Assembly (NCBI GenBank): GCA_028023455.1
Contig: JAQFVV010000010.1
Coordinates: 7,688,001-7,752,000 of the forward strand
From: Epiperipatus broadwayi
Taxonomy: Eukaryota; Animalia; Onychophora
Direction: 5' to 3'
Length of the DNA stretch: 64,000 nt
The first letter of the stretch is position 1. Each line of letters begins with the position of its first letter. The position numbers and the translations under genes were made by a program. Below the pieces are notes generated by a model. It ran no database searches. It was not told the origin of the DNA and saw only the letters and a list, made by a program, of their open reading frames with translations. Shown here in pieces: positions 24,061-38,500 of this stretch.

Positions 24061-25735
24061 ACCTAAGAAATTGACTTACTTATGATATTGAAATCAGCTT
24101 TCAATCATTTTTATAACTTGATTTTAAAAGCAAAAGCAACTTCAGTATGCTCAATTAATCATGTACTCTTTTCAGTCATCATAAATTTCTTTCGTTTAAT
24201 ATGTGATTTTTTTTCAACTAATTTCTCCAAATATATTTGAAGACTATTATTTCCCAATACTTTTCCATAAATTCAATGATAATATATTTTTTCTTAAAAA
24301 CATATATACAACTTCAGATATTGTTAATTATTACACATCATATCACAAAACAAAACTTTTCCACATATTTTATCAAATTTCTAGTGACTGAATCATCTAT
24401 TTTTAAAAAGTAATCGCACTTTTATTCTTATATTTAAAAAAAAATTACTTATGACTATTTTATTCATAATAATTAAACATATTTATGACTGGTATGTACA
24501 TTAATAATTTGCTGAATTAAATTTTACACCTTCAGTTAATCATTTGACAAAGGGACCAATGATTGTCAATTTGCCATTATTTTCTACAATTATCAACAAA
24601 ATTATTATATCCCATTATATATATAATGGAAGTGGTGTAACATTTGAGCACATCAGAAACAGAATGCTGAGTTTAGATTCAGAAACACTTATTTCTTGAA
24701 TTTGTTGCTATATCACTACATTAAAATTACAAAGGCACTTCTTATTCAATATTCATTACAAAGCAATGATTTCAATGTTAACATATATATATATATTGTT
24801 GGTAAAAGATGCCAGTAGGCTTTGAACTGAATAAAACTTCATCATTACAATAACAAATGTACCAAAAAAAAAAAAAAAATCAAACAAATCTTATTTGGCA
24901 AATGTTATTTACATAAACTCCAGGAGTCCAAACTGATGGCATCTAATAATAATAAATTCTCATTTTTTTAATATATATATATTTAATAAAGTTTTACACT
25001 TCTTTTTTTTTAATTCACAATTTTAAAATTTTCCTCAAATTTACAACATTAAGATATTTTTTAATAAAGTTTTTCAATAAGTTTTCTTCTTTTTTCATAT
25101 TCCAGTTAGTAAATGAAATTATTACTAACTTAATCTTTCTTATTTCTTCAATTTACTGTGAATCTATTCTAATGTCTCCTTCCCCCAATCAATTCATAAC
25201 AAGTTTTTGATCAAACTCTTAATTTATTAATTCATCTTTCTGTTGTTGATATTATCAATATCAAGTATTCCAGCAAAATTTTGAAGTGATTTTTACATTT
25301 ATCATTGAATGACTATTTCATTACAAAATACCGAACTTATGGATGTATTTACCAACATATATGATTTTTTCAATTTATTATAATATTACAACCATGAATA
25401 ATTCTTTTTTTATTCACGCTAGCACCAATTACTGGTGCAATTTAGTCTTTACCCAAACTAAAGAGGCCTTGAGATTTAAAGCTGGAATTTTAATGTAGTT
25501 TATTTAACTGACAGTCATTTCTAACTTTTTTACTATCAAGCTTATAACTCTGTAATTGCGCTTTAAGCACATGTAATGAAGCTATATAATTAATAATCCT
25601 AAATTAGTAGTCTGAGCGCCCTACGGGAAAACTATGTTAATACTATTCACTTGAATTTTTCAGATTGCTAATATTATAAATAAGAGATTTCAAATTAACC
25701 TATTACCACAAGCAACAGAAAAAATAAACATATTG

Positions 25736-25967
25736 ATACAAGTAGCCAATATTTATGAATTTCTTTAAAATATATCTTTTCTAAACAAACACACCCTTAT
25801 AAATAAAGTTTAATGGAGAAGATATAATTTAATTAATAAATACAGATAGGCATACAAGTAACCAATATTTATGAATTTCTTTAAAATATATCTTTTCTAA
25901 ACAAACACACCCTTATAAATAAAGTTTAATGGAGAAGATATAATTTAATTAATAAATACAGATAGGC
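25736..25967 (+). repeat. 116-bp near-perfect tandem duplication
   Basis: ATACAAGTA(G/A)CCAATATTTATGAATTTC...AATACAGATAGGC occurs at 25736 and 25852, immediately followed by TTAA. Confidence 0.92.
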
Positions 25968-25971
25968 TTAA

Positions 25972-28122
25972 CATTTTCGAGGATCCATGCCTCATAATCA
26001 TAGCCGTAATAAAACACATATCTAAATAAACAAACATGAATAAGCTGAGTTTGTTTGAGTTAAATATCATTATTAGTACTTTTATACTACTTAGTGTTGA
26101 ATGGAATTTGTGCTCATGCAAGTGCATTTCTAAGAAATATATTTACAAATTCTGAAAAAATTTTTTTTGACGGTAATTGACAGCTGATACGTCATTCTAA
26201 CTCTAAGTAATTATTTGATTTCATTATTTTTACAATTAGCTGTATTTGGTTGTCATTAAATCTTATCGTCCTCAAATGATGACATTTAGCATTACCACTA
26301 TATAATGTTATGTTTTTTCTTTTCATATTAAAATGTTGACAATCACTTATGGACCCAAAAGCATTTTATGGAATAAAATAATTTCCACGATTGGAACAAG
26401 CTTTAGATGATCTCAATGGTGAGGAATATGATGGATCAGAAAGTGTGGAGTTATGTGTAGTTCCTCCAAATTTAGATGAACTTAAGGACTATGAAGAATT
26501 TGATGATATAATTGATAATCCAAATTTCATTCCAAATGAAATTCCTGGTTCAATTGAAACTACTGTTATTACTTCTAATGTTGATGTAAATAAAGGGAGA
26601 CTCGAAGAACAAGCATTTGAATTTTCAGTAAAGGAATACATAGAATTTGAGAGACCAGAATGGATAAAAAAAAATATCCTGAATATCTCCATTTGGAATT
26701 ACAAGAGATGAATTTGTTGATGAACTAAACAATGTAAAAGATAATTTAAAATATTTATCGCCCCAAAACATTTTTGAAAATTTTTTTTGTGATATTATTA
26801 CTTACTCTCATAAAAAAATAATCATAATTTCACTATCCAACCCAAGGAAATGAGAATATTTTTTTGTAATTCTCTTTCTAACTGGATATCATCAGTTACT
26901 GCAAAAGTGATTATACTGGTCACTTAAAGATTTGGGAGTATCTTGTATTTTTAATGCCATGTTGAGAGAGATACCTTGAGATAAAAAGATTTGTGTATCT
27001 GGCTGACTAAAATAGAATTGAAAACTACCATGATCGGATGTATAAAGATCACTGATGGATAAGCTTATAAAAATTTTTGTCAGTGGGGTAGTTTTCACAA
27101 AGATATGTCTATAGATAAATCAATGGTAAAATATTTTGGCCATAACCCAACTAAACAATTCATAAAAGGAAAACCGATTAGATATAGATATATGAAGTGG
27201 TAATCAGTATAGTTCTGGTTATTGCTATGCTTTTGATGCATACAGTGGAAAAAGCAATGCAAAATAGAATATGCAAAATAGAATCTACTAAAGGTTTACT
27301 GCTAGGCGCCAGGATAGTTACTGACCTTTTGAAAAATTTACCAGAACTGTCAAAAACTGAAAAATTTTTAACAACTATTTATCTAAAATATATATATATA
27401 ATAGCAACTGGAACTGTAAGAGATAACAGATTACAAAAATATCCTGTAAAAGATTCTAAGTAATGAAAAAGGTGGGAAAAGATGCACACGATTATAGGTT
27501 TGATAAAAATAATAAAATATGTATAAAGTGGAAAGACAATAATGTTTGTTATATCCTAACAAATTATGATTTTTTGTCTAAAAATACAAAATTGAAAGCA
27601 AATATACCCCAATCAAAATTTTCTTCATACAATACAAATATGGGATGTGTGAATACACATAATCAACGTATTTGTCTACACATGATTTCAATTAGAGGAA
27701 AAAAATGTTAGTGGGTTTTGCTCATTTATTTTCTGGACTTGAGATTTGACAATGACAAATGCTTCAGAAACTAAAAAATTAGAATTTTGACATACACATA
27801 AAAAAAGGAAAGCTAGTTCAAGTATTAAAATTACTGAAGGCTACCATTTTCCTGAAAAACTGGATAAGCAGTTAAAATGTTGCATGTGCTACAAGAAAGC
27901 CAGGTGGTCTTACAAAAAGTGTAAAAAGACAATGTGCATTGAGAAATATTGCTTTGAAAAATATCACATATCTGCCTAATGTCTTCATTTGAAGATACTC
28001 ATTTTTTATAAAATCTATAATATAATATAAATATAATAGTATCTTAAAATGTATATAATTTTCTTCAACTTTACATATAAAATTATTTTATTCATTGGGT
28101 TTTTCTTAGGCATTAATAGGGG
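25972..28122 (+). mobile_element. Decayed piggyBac (PGBD3-like) transposon; left end uncertain
   Basis: Fragments LCVVPP..., LFLTGYHQL...YW, SIDKSMVKYFGHNPTKQFIKGKPIR (27108-27182), YNTNMGCVNTHNQ and the Cys-rich tail KCCMC...C...C...YCFEKYH (27839-27979). The right end is ...GGGG|TTAA at 28122/28123. Confidence 0.85.
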
Positions 28123-28299
28123 TTAAGAAACAACTTGAATTGCTCAACCTCATACATAGTATCCAAAACAGTTATATTATAAAGTAACTAAAATCTAAAG
28201 TAACAGAGAATGGTGTGGGGGTTTAAAATACAATTACAAAAGATAATAGCAGCAATATTTAAATAATTATTAATTCAATTCATTTGGCACATTTAACAT

Positions 28300-30250
28300 A
28301 TATTACAAACAAATAAAAATGCACAATTTTAAATTATTCACTGATCCTCGTATAGAAATGTGAATTCTTTTACTATTTGGTCCAAAAATATTTACAGTAT
28401 TAAAGTACTTATTACAGAATCTAGGCCATCTTATTAGAACTGGATTTTTTTTTAAACATCCCATTTTTGAATTTTGGAATAAAATATTTTGCATCTGTTT
28501 TTATTTTAAAAGCTATTGTCATTCAACAATGCCTTACATCCATCTCATTTGATGTAATTTTCTTTAAAACCATCCTCATTCAGAATTCCTTTTTTATACA
28601 ATGGACATTGTGTATTTTTCATAATCAAGACATTTCAGATAGCAATTTATGACTAAGTTACTAGAATTCTATACCACAGAACCATAGCTTAAAATTGATA
28701 GACTCAACATACCAAATAAGTACAAATATATACTTTCTCAAATATTTCATAATTTTTGAATATCAAATCCTATGATTTTGCAGCTTTTTACGATGATATA
28801 CTGGACATTCTTATTAAATATTCCATTATCATTTTCTTGGGATACTTTTTGAAATTAATATGTAACTAAAAATGTTATTCAATAACTTTTTAAATAAGGA
28901 TATGGTACAGTATTTTTCAACAATAACTTCCATATTGTTTCTCTTACATCAAGCTTGTAATTTTTTAATATCAGACAAAAATTTTATGATCATCAAAATT
29001 AACAATAGTTTTATATAATTTAATATCATCAGCAAAACAAAGTAATAATAATAACGATCTATTTCTTTTATTCAGGATGAGTATTCTCGTTAATTTTTTC
29101 ATTAATGTAAGTGATAACTTGTTTTTTAGCTCACCATTGATTAAAAATTAAATATAATATTTATTCATGAAATTATTCAATACATCATAAATTATATTTC
29201 AATTAAAACATTTTTATATAGAGAAATAATGAAAGGGGCTTTTAATGTTTACAAATAATAAAGGAAATTGTTTGGTTAATTTGCTAATCCTTTGAATGCT
29301 TTGTCTTTTCTGATCTATCAATATTAACTCCAATAAACATTCTGCACACACCCGCATATCCCCTCAACCCAAGCATCAACTTTATGTAAAACAAAATCAT
29401 TTAGAAATCAGGTGCAAAGCAAGCTCTTATATTATTTATATAACATGCTTATTTTATTTGAATATTCAAATGATATGTGTTTTAGAAAAATACATAATCA
29501 ACTTTTAATTGTTATTCTTTTCTCTTTTGTAAAGTCAGTAATTAAAAGTTTTTCCACTTAAAAATTTTTCTGTCAAAAAAATGGAATTAAAAAAACAATT
29601 GGTTTAACAAAATTAATTTAATTTGATTAAAGATTAATGCTTCTTAACTAAATAAAATTAAACTGACCAGATAAATTTAACATTAAAAAAAAAATTACCA
29701 GGAGTAATGTATATAATTTGATCAGATAATTAAATTGCAATTTAAGAAAACAAAAAAATATAGAAAGCCAGAAAATTTTAAATAACTTTGATTCTATTTT
29801 TGAGTTCCAAAAATTACAATTTTCAATTAATAACATTGAATTATCAGTATTGTATATTCTATTTCATTCTATGGATACATTCTGTTGTTTTTAAAGCTTA
29901 GTTCAACAGTTATGTTACCATAGTCATTACTTGGAGACAAATTTGTTTTTTATTCAACTCAGCTTTCAAATATTTTTGATAGTTACTGTAGTCAGAAATT
30001 ATATGGATTTCCTGGATGAGGTGGAAATAAAAAGAATAACAGCAATGGTTCATATATCTTTTACTAACAGTGTTATTAATTGACCACTTTTTAAAAATCT
30101 GTCACCATCATTATATCTACTTCAGAGATACAGAAGTTTTTTGAGATAAAATCTCATGCCGGAACTATAAACATACCATACAAACATGCATAAAAACAAA
30201 GCTTTACTTCCAACTCATAATAAAGGCAACCCAAATCTGAAATATTTTTA
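28300..30250 (-). mobile_element. Highly degenerate CR1-like LINE (RT, possibly APE remnants)
   Basis: LLLCFADDIKI at ~29015-29050, followed by an LQA*CKRNNME..EKYCTIS-like CR1 segment. APE-like traces near 30000-30200 are weak. Confidence 0.5.
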
Positions 30251-32713
30251 AGATCTCTTAAGATATCTATTATTTTTTTCTTTTATTATTCCTTTTTTAT
30301 TTCCATTACAAATCATTTTAACACATATTCTTAAGTAAATGACTAATCCAAAAATGATTTCATTCTTTCAGTACTGTTAATTTTTCTATCTAACATATCA
30401 ATTTCCCAAAATTACTAAAATGTTTTTGATCCAAAAATTATCTGTGTATTTATACAGATTCTTAGTCAAAATCAAAGTTGTTCTACTTTAAATCAATCAA
30501 CTCACATAACTCTTCCTAATAGTCCAATGTTACAATTTATCATTGCTCAATGTCACATTCATTTGTCCACCTACACCTCCTTTACACAAACATTATTAGC
30601 ATATACATCTACAATATTATCCACACTTCCATAAACTAATCATTGAAATAAATACATCTAATATTTTGATTTTCTCTCCATCCAACAACAATTGCATTCT
30701 TTTCACAAAGTATTTTCTTCTACAAACACATAAGTATTTAATATTTTCTTTTTTTTCATTACTTAAAATATTGTCCAATGAATATTTCAAATACATTTAT
30801 CAAAAGAAATAATACTAATTGGTTTTATTATTACTTTTAGAAATTTTTTATTTTAAAATCCACCCTTTTATTCTTTTCCTGGAATTTAAAAAGATATATT
30901 TAAATCAATGATTAGATAACTGTTAAATTAACAATATTCTTTATTTTAATCATCTGATTTCTAATTTAGACAACAATATATAGTCTAATGTTCTCGCTAT
31001 TGTTTTGCTTTAAATTGTTATTTAGCATTTATCTTTTAGTAAAAATTTGAGAAATTAATTTATATTATGTACATTTGTGTTATGAGTTTTCCCATTTCTT
31101 TCAGTTTAACAAAGTTATTGTTAATATCATTTTTTTTCCATGTCAATTTTTCAACTCATGAATTTCACAGCTCATGATTACAATAGATGATCATTAACAA
31201 ATGCAAAATAATTTTATATACAATGTAAAAGTAAAATTGATTTTTGAAAAGAAATTGAATCCTTTGGATTATTTTACTAAATTAATGTTAGTATTTACTT
31301 ATTTAAAATGGGGGCAACAGGAATCTTCAGGACAATTTGCATTTTATACAAAATACTGATGTTTACAATAAAAAAATTCAGAATGTATAATCATAAATCA
31401 AATGCATTTTAGGTAATATATTTTAACAATTTCCTATTTTGAAATAAGCAGAAAATATTTAATGGAAGGTTATATCAGTATATTGATTTTGGCAATAAAT
31501 TTCCAATAGAATACTTTGTAATTAATAGATTTTTTTAAAAAATAAAAAGACAGGATTTACTAATTTTTATTTAAAACAAAGTTATATAATAACTAAGATA
31601 TTATACTTTGATATTTGTTAGAAAATTTGGAGGGGAGGATTTATACTTTAGATATTAATATATTAATGAAATTTATTATCAAACCAGGCAAAAAATGAAA
31701 ACAGAAAAAATTACTGTTCTCTTATCATAAACATACTATACAATTGAGACAGCAATCAATACCATTTTATTTCTAATGTTACAAACACATATATACTGAA
31801 CCAAACAGAACAAAGCTAATCATTTCTAATGGGTTTACATATTGAAAAAACTTATAATAGTGGTCAAACTGAGACAATTTGATTGGCAATTCACTTCGAA
31901 TAGGTTCTACTGTGAATAAATAAAAATGTTTTTAATCTAATATATTATTCTGAAAGATATGACAATCCAAATAAAAATAAATAATTATAACCATGTGGTT
32001 AATTATCAGGATCATGTGATGCTCAAACAGTTATGTGACAGATTGAGATTATTCCATTTAATTGGACAAGCTGATATTTATTTTCCCCAGAAACCTTTTA
32101 GCTCCCAAGTCTACCAATAAGCTAAATTACAAAATACACAAATAAATAATTTTTATAAGCCTCTTTCAATGAGAAAGTATATAAAACAGTAGAATTTACA
32201 AAATATTTGACAGACTTTATAATATACTGAAGTCATACCAATCTGTCATATTTATGACCTGAGGGTGAATCTGGACCAGATAAAACAAATTTTCAGATTT
32301 CAATCAGGCTTATAATTTTTTTTTCTTTCAGGTAGCTGACAATCAAACATGGTAGCAAATGAATAACTAGATAATTCTTAATTACAATATATATAAACAT
32401 TTGCTCAAATTTTCACAATCCATAACCAGCAAGCCTGCTGATTAATGTCTTCACCACTGCCACTAGTCTAAGAAAACCAATTGGAAAAATATATTGCTAT
32501 GCAATAGGCTACTTAAAGGCTGTATTAATTTTTTTAACATTTTTATAAAATGTGAATACAATATTGAGAATTCAATCATATATATATATTATTTACAATT
32601 TTGTTATCTTAAAATAGTCATCATTAAAATATAGCAGAATTTATGTCAGAATTTTTCTCAATTTACAATTTATAAAATGAACTATGATAATATGTTGGAT
32701 TATTTCCATCTAT

Positions 32714-32889
32714 CAGTAAATGTTGAATGTATAGAAAATTTTAAACTTTATTTAAACTTTTCAAGTACAAACAACTTGTTAATAATAACACACAAGTGTT
32801 GTCTATTTGTATGTTATTACTTAACAAGTTGTTTGTATTTGAAAAGTTTGAATAAAGTTTAAAATTTTCTATACATTCAACCTTTACTG
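32714..32889. repeat. Near-perfect 176-bp foldback (Tc1/pogo-type MITE-like)
   Basis: Arms of ~83 bp with ~5 differences and a 9-nt loop. Ends are CAGTAAA...TTTACTG with TA on the right flank. Confidence 0.85.
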
Positions 32890-34964
32890 TAATAGTCCAA
32901 GTATTATCAGACCTAATAATATATTATTATCACAAACCTCGAGGCAAATACATAAAATGAACTAGCTCAATACAAAATAATGGATGATTAAATTTTGAAA
33001 AATTAAAATAATTTTAGAAATATCACTTACAATGAGAGTGGCAATAATATATTTGAAAACTACAGATAAAAAATACCAAATAACAAAATTAGTTGTAAAC
33101 ATTTACAAACAGCAAATTTATCAAAGGATGGAAAGATCCAAATATATTAATGAACATTTCTGAAAATAAAATGTGTACCTGCAATCAAAATTTAAATATG
33201 ATATATTTCTTCAATGTTTTAAATAATTTGAAATTTGTTTCTTTAAGCATATTGAAAATATGAATTGAATGAGTGACATCAATAAATATTTATGACCCCC
33301 CCCTCCCCAGATTCTGATTTAATTGACTTCAATTTTAAAAGAAGAATCAAATTTCACAAAATATCAAAGCAGATATCATTTGTAGAAGATTTTCAAAATC
33401 AGCAATTCAGAAAATAAATAGCAAAATTTTTAGTGTGAACATGAAGCTAAAAAATGTTTTGGATTAAAATCTTTCAATAGCTTTTCAGCAGTTGCTGGCC
33501 AGATATATGGTGGATTTATATATACACACAGTCTAAAGATGAACAAAACATTTTTGTATTTAGCAGTAAAATTGTTGATACATGATAAACAGACATCTTT
33601 TCACTGTTAGGAAAAAAACAATTTATAATATCACCCTAACCAGAGTAGAATTAACATTTAGCAATTCAGAAATTAATTAGCTACATAATTTTTAAAAAGC
33701 CAGTTTTACAAATCAAAATAGAGAAATACATTTATTAGTTATTTAAATATATTATACATGATTAGCTGAAATGTAGTTAACCTATAGCATGTCTTAAAAG
33801 AGAACAAACACAGACGTTTACTGATTTTGCACTGCCAAATAATAATGAATTTGATGAAGCATTTCATTTAACTATCATTTGTGCCTCAAATTCAAAAGCC
33901 ATTTTGCTACAGAATAGTATTTTTGTGAATGACTTGTTAAATGTACAGTATAGGTATAAGAGAAAAAGAAGTGCACACTGATGAGAACTCTCATGCTTAG
34001 ATTGAAAACTTTTCACTTATCCTCATATATTGCCTATTCAAAATAAAAAACATTATATTATATAAAAGTAACCATGCAAAAAAATTTGGTGCAATTATAA
34101 CATATATTATCCACTAAATGGCACTAAATACGACATACTAAAGACTAATGGAAAAACTAAATAAGAAATAAAATCTGCATATTTATTATTGAATTTATAG
34201 TAAAAAATATATAAAATACATGCATAAAAATAATTTATTTAACAAAGAAAAAAAATCTACATAATAAAAGAATGAAAATAATTTATTTTGCAAATAAAGT
34301 AAACAAAATGAAAGTCTTTTCATGTTTTATATTGAAATTAATTTATGACAAATTAAATGAAAGCATGAAAATAAATCACACTATAGCAAACAAAAACTAA
34401 ACCATGATAGTATGACAAATGAAAGTAATCTACAAAAAATGAAATGCAATTATATATGCAAATCCATAAAAAATTTCAAAAAATAATCCATATAGTGATA
34501 ATTATATTAAAGAAAAGCATGAAAATAATTTAAACTTTGAACAGCAATACAAAAAGTAATCCTTAAAAAAGTAATTGATGTTAAAGTGTTTAAAGCAATC
34601 CATAAAAAATGAAATACTAAAAAGTGATCCATTTATAGAAAAAATGTATGCAAACAAAAATCAAATTTCTTAAAATGTAAATAGTCACATTCTCTGAAAA
34701 TGGAATCCTTTTTTGGGAATTTCATTTCTTCTGAATTTTCATTTGGCCTTATGCCTGCATTTCATTTCTTATAAATTTTCATTTAATATACTTTTTGATA
34801 TGATTCTTTTTTTGCTTGCTAAAGCAATTTTTTTTCATGGTTTTATTTAATACAGTTCTTCCTATAAATAGATTACTTTTGAAACTTTGTTTCTTATAGA
34901 TTGTTTTCACTTAGTATATTTACTGATATTATTTACTTTCTTTTACTGAACTTATAAATTTGTT

Positions 34965-35140
34965 TAGAGTAGCAGAATCAATCCTGGAAACTCCTGATCC
35001 TAAATCGGACGTTCTACCTATGTGCAGGAAAAAAAAAGCACTAATGGTTTTATTGCTCAAGAGTTTATAAGAAGTTAGAGTGCCAGAATGGATCTTGGGA
35101 CCTCCCGATCCCAAGTTGAATGCTCTATTGCTATGCCAAA
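34965..35140 (-). repeat. Tandem pair of degenerate tRNA-derived SINE heads (period ~112 bp)
   Basis: Minus strand reads TGGCATAGCAATAGAGCATTCAACTTGGGATCGGGAGGTCCCAAGATCCATTCTGG, followed by GGTAGAACGTCCGATTTAGGATCAGGAGTTTCCAGGATTGATTCTG. Confidence 0.5.
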
Positions 35141-36453
35141 GGGTAGTTTCAATATAAAATACAAAACAAGATTTATTCATTTTGGTTGATAAACAAATTA
35201 CTTGCATATTTTTACTTAATATACTTGTTGTAAATACAATAATAAATACATACATTTTTTCCTTTGTTAAGTAAATTATTTTCATGCAATTATTTAATTT
35301 ATTTCTTGCTATAAATTCAATATTAAATATGTTCATTTTATTTCTTATTGGTTAGTTTTTTTCAATGATCATCAGATGTTTTTATGTGCAAATATCTGGT
35401 TGATAGAGCACTCATTAAAATAGCACCAAAATTTAAATATACAATTCATTTTTAGTTTACATAAAATTCAATTATAAAAAAGATTATCGGTATTTAAAAT
35501 GCAAATTTAATATTCAAAGACACTGTTACTATCAATACTAACTTATTCTACTTATTAAATTAAATAATTATGCAATATGGATTAAAATGAATGGCAAATA
35601 TATAATATCAATATTTTAAAAAGCAATAAATAGCTTTGAGAAAAATTCCTTAAATAATTTGCAAGTGCTATTTTCTTTTTCCCTTTTTTTTCAAAAAAAA
35701 AAACTGAGATTCAAGACAAAATAATTTACACATCAAATAAAAACAAAGGTTAAGTTGTTATGCCCTGGAAATCTGTCATTTAAATGCTTATGAGAAATAG
35801 AATAACAACAATAATTTTCTTTCTTTTAGTGTTTCTCTTCTGGTGAAAATAGATATGTCATCAAAAGGAAAAGTGCCCTGGCAAATACATTAGTGATCAT
35901 TATAGGCAAACATTTTATTTTCTCCATTGATTGATTTTTGTATGTCTTATCCTCACTAAATCTTTTTCATACATTTTGATTTACAAATATATGATATCCT
36001 GCAGCATGATCCTAACATTAATTTTATGGTTATAAATCTAAAAGATCTTTTCCATAGTTGAGAAATCTATCAATGTTGGGAAGAACTCTACAAGCAATAT
36101 TAAAACTTTTTTGAAAGTAACTGATGATTTGGCAGAATTACCACAGTTATATGATATCAAACTCAAAAATTGTTTGAGCTCTATTTAATTCTAATGTATA
36201 AAGTTTGACAATTATTAGAAGGAATATATATAAATAAATCTTTGCTATATTTGATTGTTTAATTCATTTTTTAAGTCTTTTCCAAAAAAAAAAGAAGCCA
36301 TCAGAACTAATATTTTATAAATAAAATATACAAAAAGGCAAAGGTCAATATATTCTTTATCAGAAAAAGATTTAACATGTATTTAAAAATCTACAATCCA
36401 AAACGCAAATAGTTTGACTGACAACTTCAAGATTTTATAGTAAAACGTTTAGC

Positions 36454-36915
36454 ATCTATATAAATTTATTAGATTACCAAAGATAAAGATGGATTTCCAC
36501 CTTTACTGTTAAAAAGGTTGCCTTGACAATAGATTGAGATTGTTATTGTTTAAGTGCTGATTGCTAGCATATATTTACTTTTATAAATCTATCTAGTCTT
36601 GAGCATTATTAGCTTTTATTATCTAAGTAATACATAGTTGTAATGTAGTTTGAATGTCATAGTTGCAAAGTTTGATAGTTACAATTGACTGTTAGTCTGC
36701 TTTCAGAACAGGTTATATTTATCCGTTTATATATATATTTAATTAATAATTCACTCTCCGTACTCAAGTTGCAATCTTTAGTATCTATATAAATTCATTA
36801 GCCCACAAATAAAGACAGAATTCAATCTTCATTATTAAAAAGGAGGTTGCATTGAGATTGGGATGTTCGATTATTATCAGTATTGTTTAAGTGTTGACTG
36901 CTTTCATATATTTAT
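36454..36915 (+). repeat. Diverged direct repeat, period ~329 bp
   Basis: ATCTATATAAATT.ATTAG...AAAGAC/T...AAAAAG.(A)GGTTGC...TATTGTTTAAGTG.TGA.TGCT occurs at 36454 and 36783. Confidence 0.7.
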
Positions 36916-38189
36916 AAATATTGTTTAGCTACATGAACAAATCTTTGACATATATTGATATTATCTTGCCCCTAATAATATTCATTTTCAAAATACTGTA
37001 AAATTACATATGTGCTGAACAAGGACCAGCCTTTATTTATTTTAAATATTTTATAGTAATGATAACAATTAATTTTCATTTAAACAATATATTATTTATA
37101 AAATGCAACATATTTGATCATCTTTTTTTAATATTTTATAATTTCATTGGATAATTGATACTTTATTGTTTCATAAATTTTTGGTAATGTTGAAAATATG
37201 CATAAAATTGATATCAATACAAATATTTAATTGTAACAATAAAATCAAAAAATTAAGTAACAGTGTGTTGGTCAAAACCTAAATTAGCAGAAAATTAAAA
37301 TAAGTTCACACAACATATGTGTATTTGAAAACATAATAAAAGATGAATTAATCTTTTAGAAAAATCCAATTATTAAGAGTCCAATATCATATGAATAAAT
37401 ATATAAAAAATGCAAAACAGAATTTCTATTAAAATAAGTAAAAATAAGTCATGTAATCTTGATAGTGTAGATCCTGTTTTAACCTTTGAAGAATATGCTA
37501 ATAACTATGTGTTATTATTGAATTTTACTTTTTAACTTTAATTTTATCCAAGTGAAATTGTTTCAATTTGCTCTTGTTCAGATATATTACAATATATAAA
37601 AATAAAATATTAATTCTATAACAATAGATTATGGGATTTGTGATATTAAAATAATTTTTTTCATTTTAAAATCCCTTATATGAATTTATAATTAATAGTA
37701 GAAGGACTACAGTAATTATGTTAATTATCTGAAAACCATCAAATTAAAATATCTATTCTTTTATTATTAGGTTAAAATATCATTACTCCAATTACTTCAT
37801 GTTTTTAATTATTGAAAGATACAAATACAGTATGAGATGATTGTTAAAAAAAAAATACAAATATTTAGAAAGTTTGAAAAATATTTCTTTATGATTCCAA
37901 TTTAATTTCTAACAGTTTTGAATTTAAAATACAAGCTTCCTGTACAAAAAAAAAAAAATGTAAATTTTTTTTTTAAAAAAAAAGTTTATTATTTTGATGT
38001 AACATATACAGTATATTTGACATATTTTTATAAATAGATTAGAATAGCAACTCTTTTCCTTAAAATAAAATTAGAGAAATAATTTTATACATTTATAAAA
38101 ATCTTAAAATTAAAAAAAATTTCAATAAAATTTATTTTGATGCATTGCTATATTTACTTATCCAGTTTTATATAGTTATTTTGCATAAG

Positions 38190-38500
38190 GCTCGATTTTT
38201 GGAACATATACTATATTCTAGCTGAGAGCTGTATACTTGTTTCTTCAAAATGTTTTAGTATAACACCTAAATCAATGATTTTTTTCATAATCTTCCATAT
38301 TTCAAAATTTAAAAAAAAGCAATAAGTTTGCATAATTATAAGTTTGATATTAATTTGATATATTGACATGTTTGATTATTCAAACTAGTTAGTTTTCCTG
38401 TGGAAACATAGCTTATGAAAGTCAAATCTATAAATATTATTCCTCTGGGCTTATTATTTTCCAAACATTATTGGTCCCAATTATTTTGAATAATTGATAT
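38190..38500 (-). mobile_element. Degenerate CR1-like RT fragment
   Basis: LGPIMF-like motif near 38470 and IDLGVIL near 38270, in the expected order on the minus strand. Confidence 0.4.

Noticed and set aside
24400-25640. Possible L1/Tx1-like remnant on the minus strand
   Set aside because: Only vague motif echoes are present, and none is diagnostic.
33970-34020. CTGATGA...GAAA as a hammerhead (also 19244 and 35365)
   Set aside because: There is no closable stem II directly before GAAA and no stem I/III pairing.
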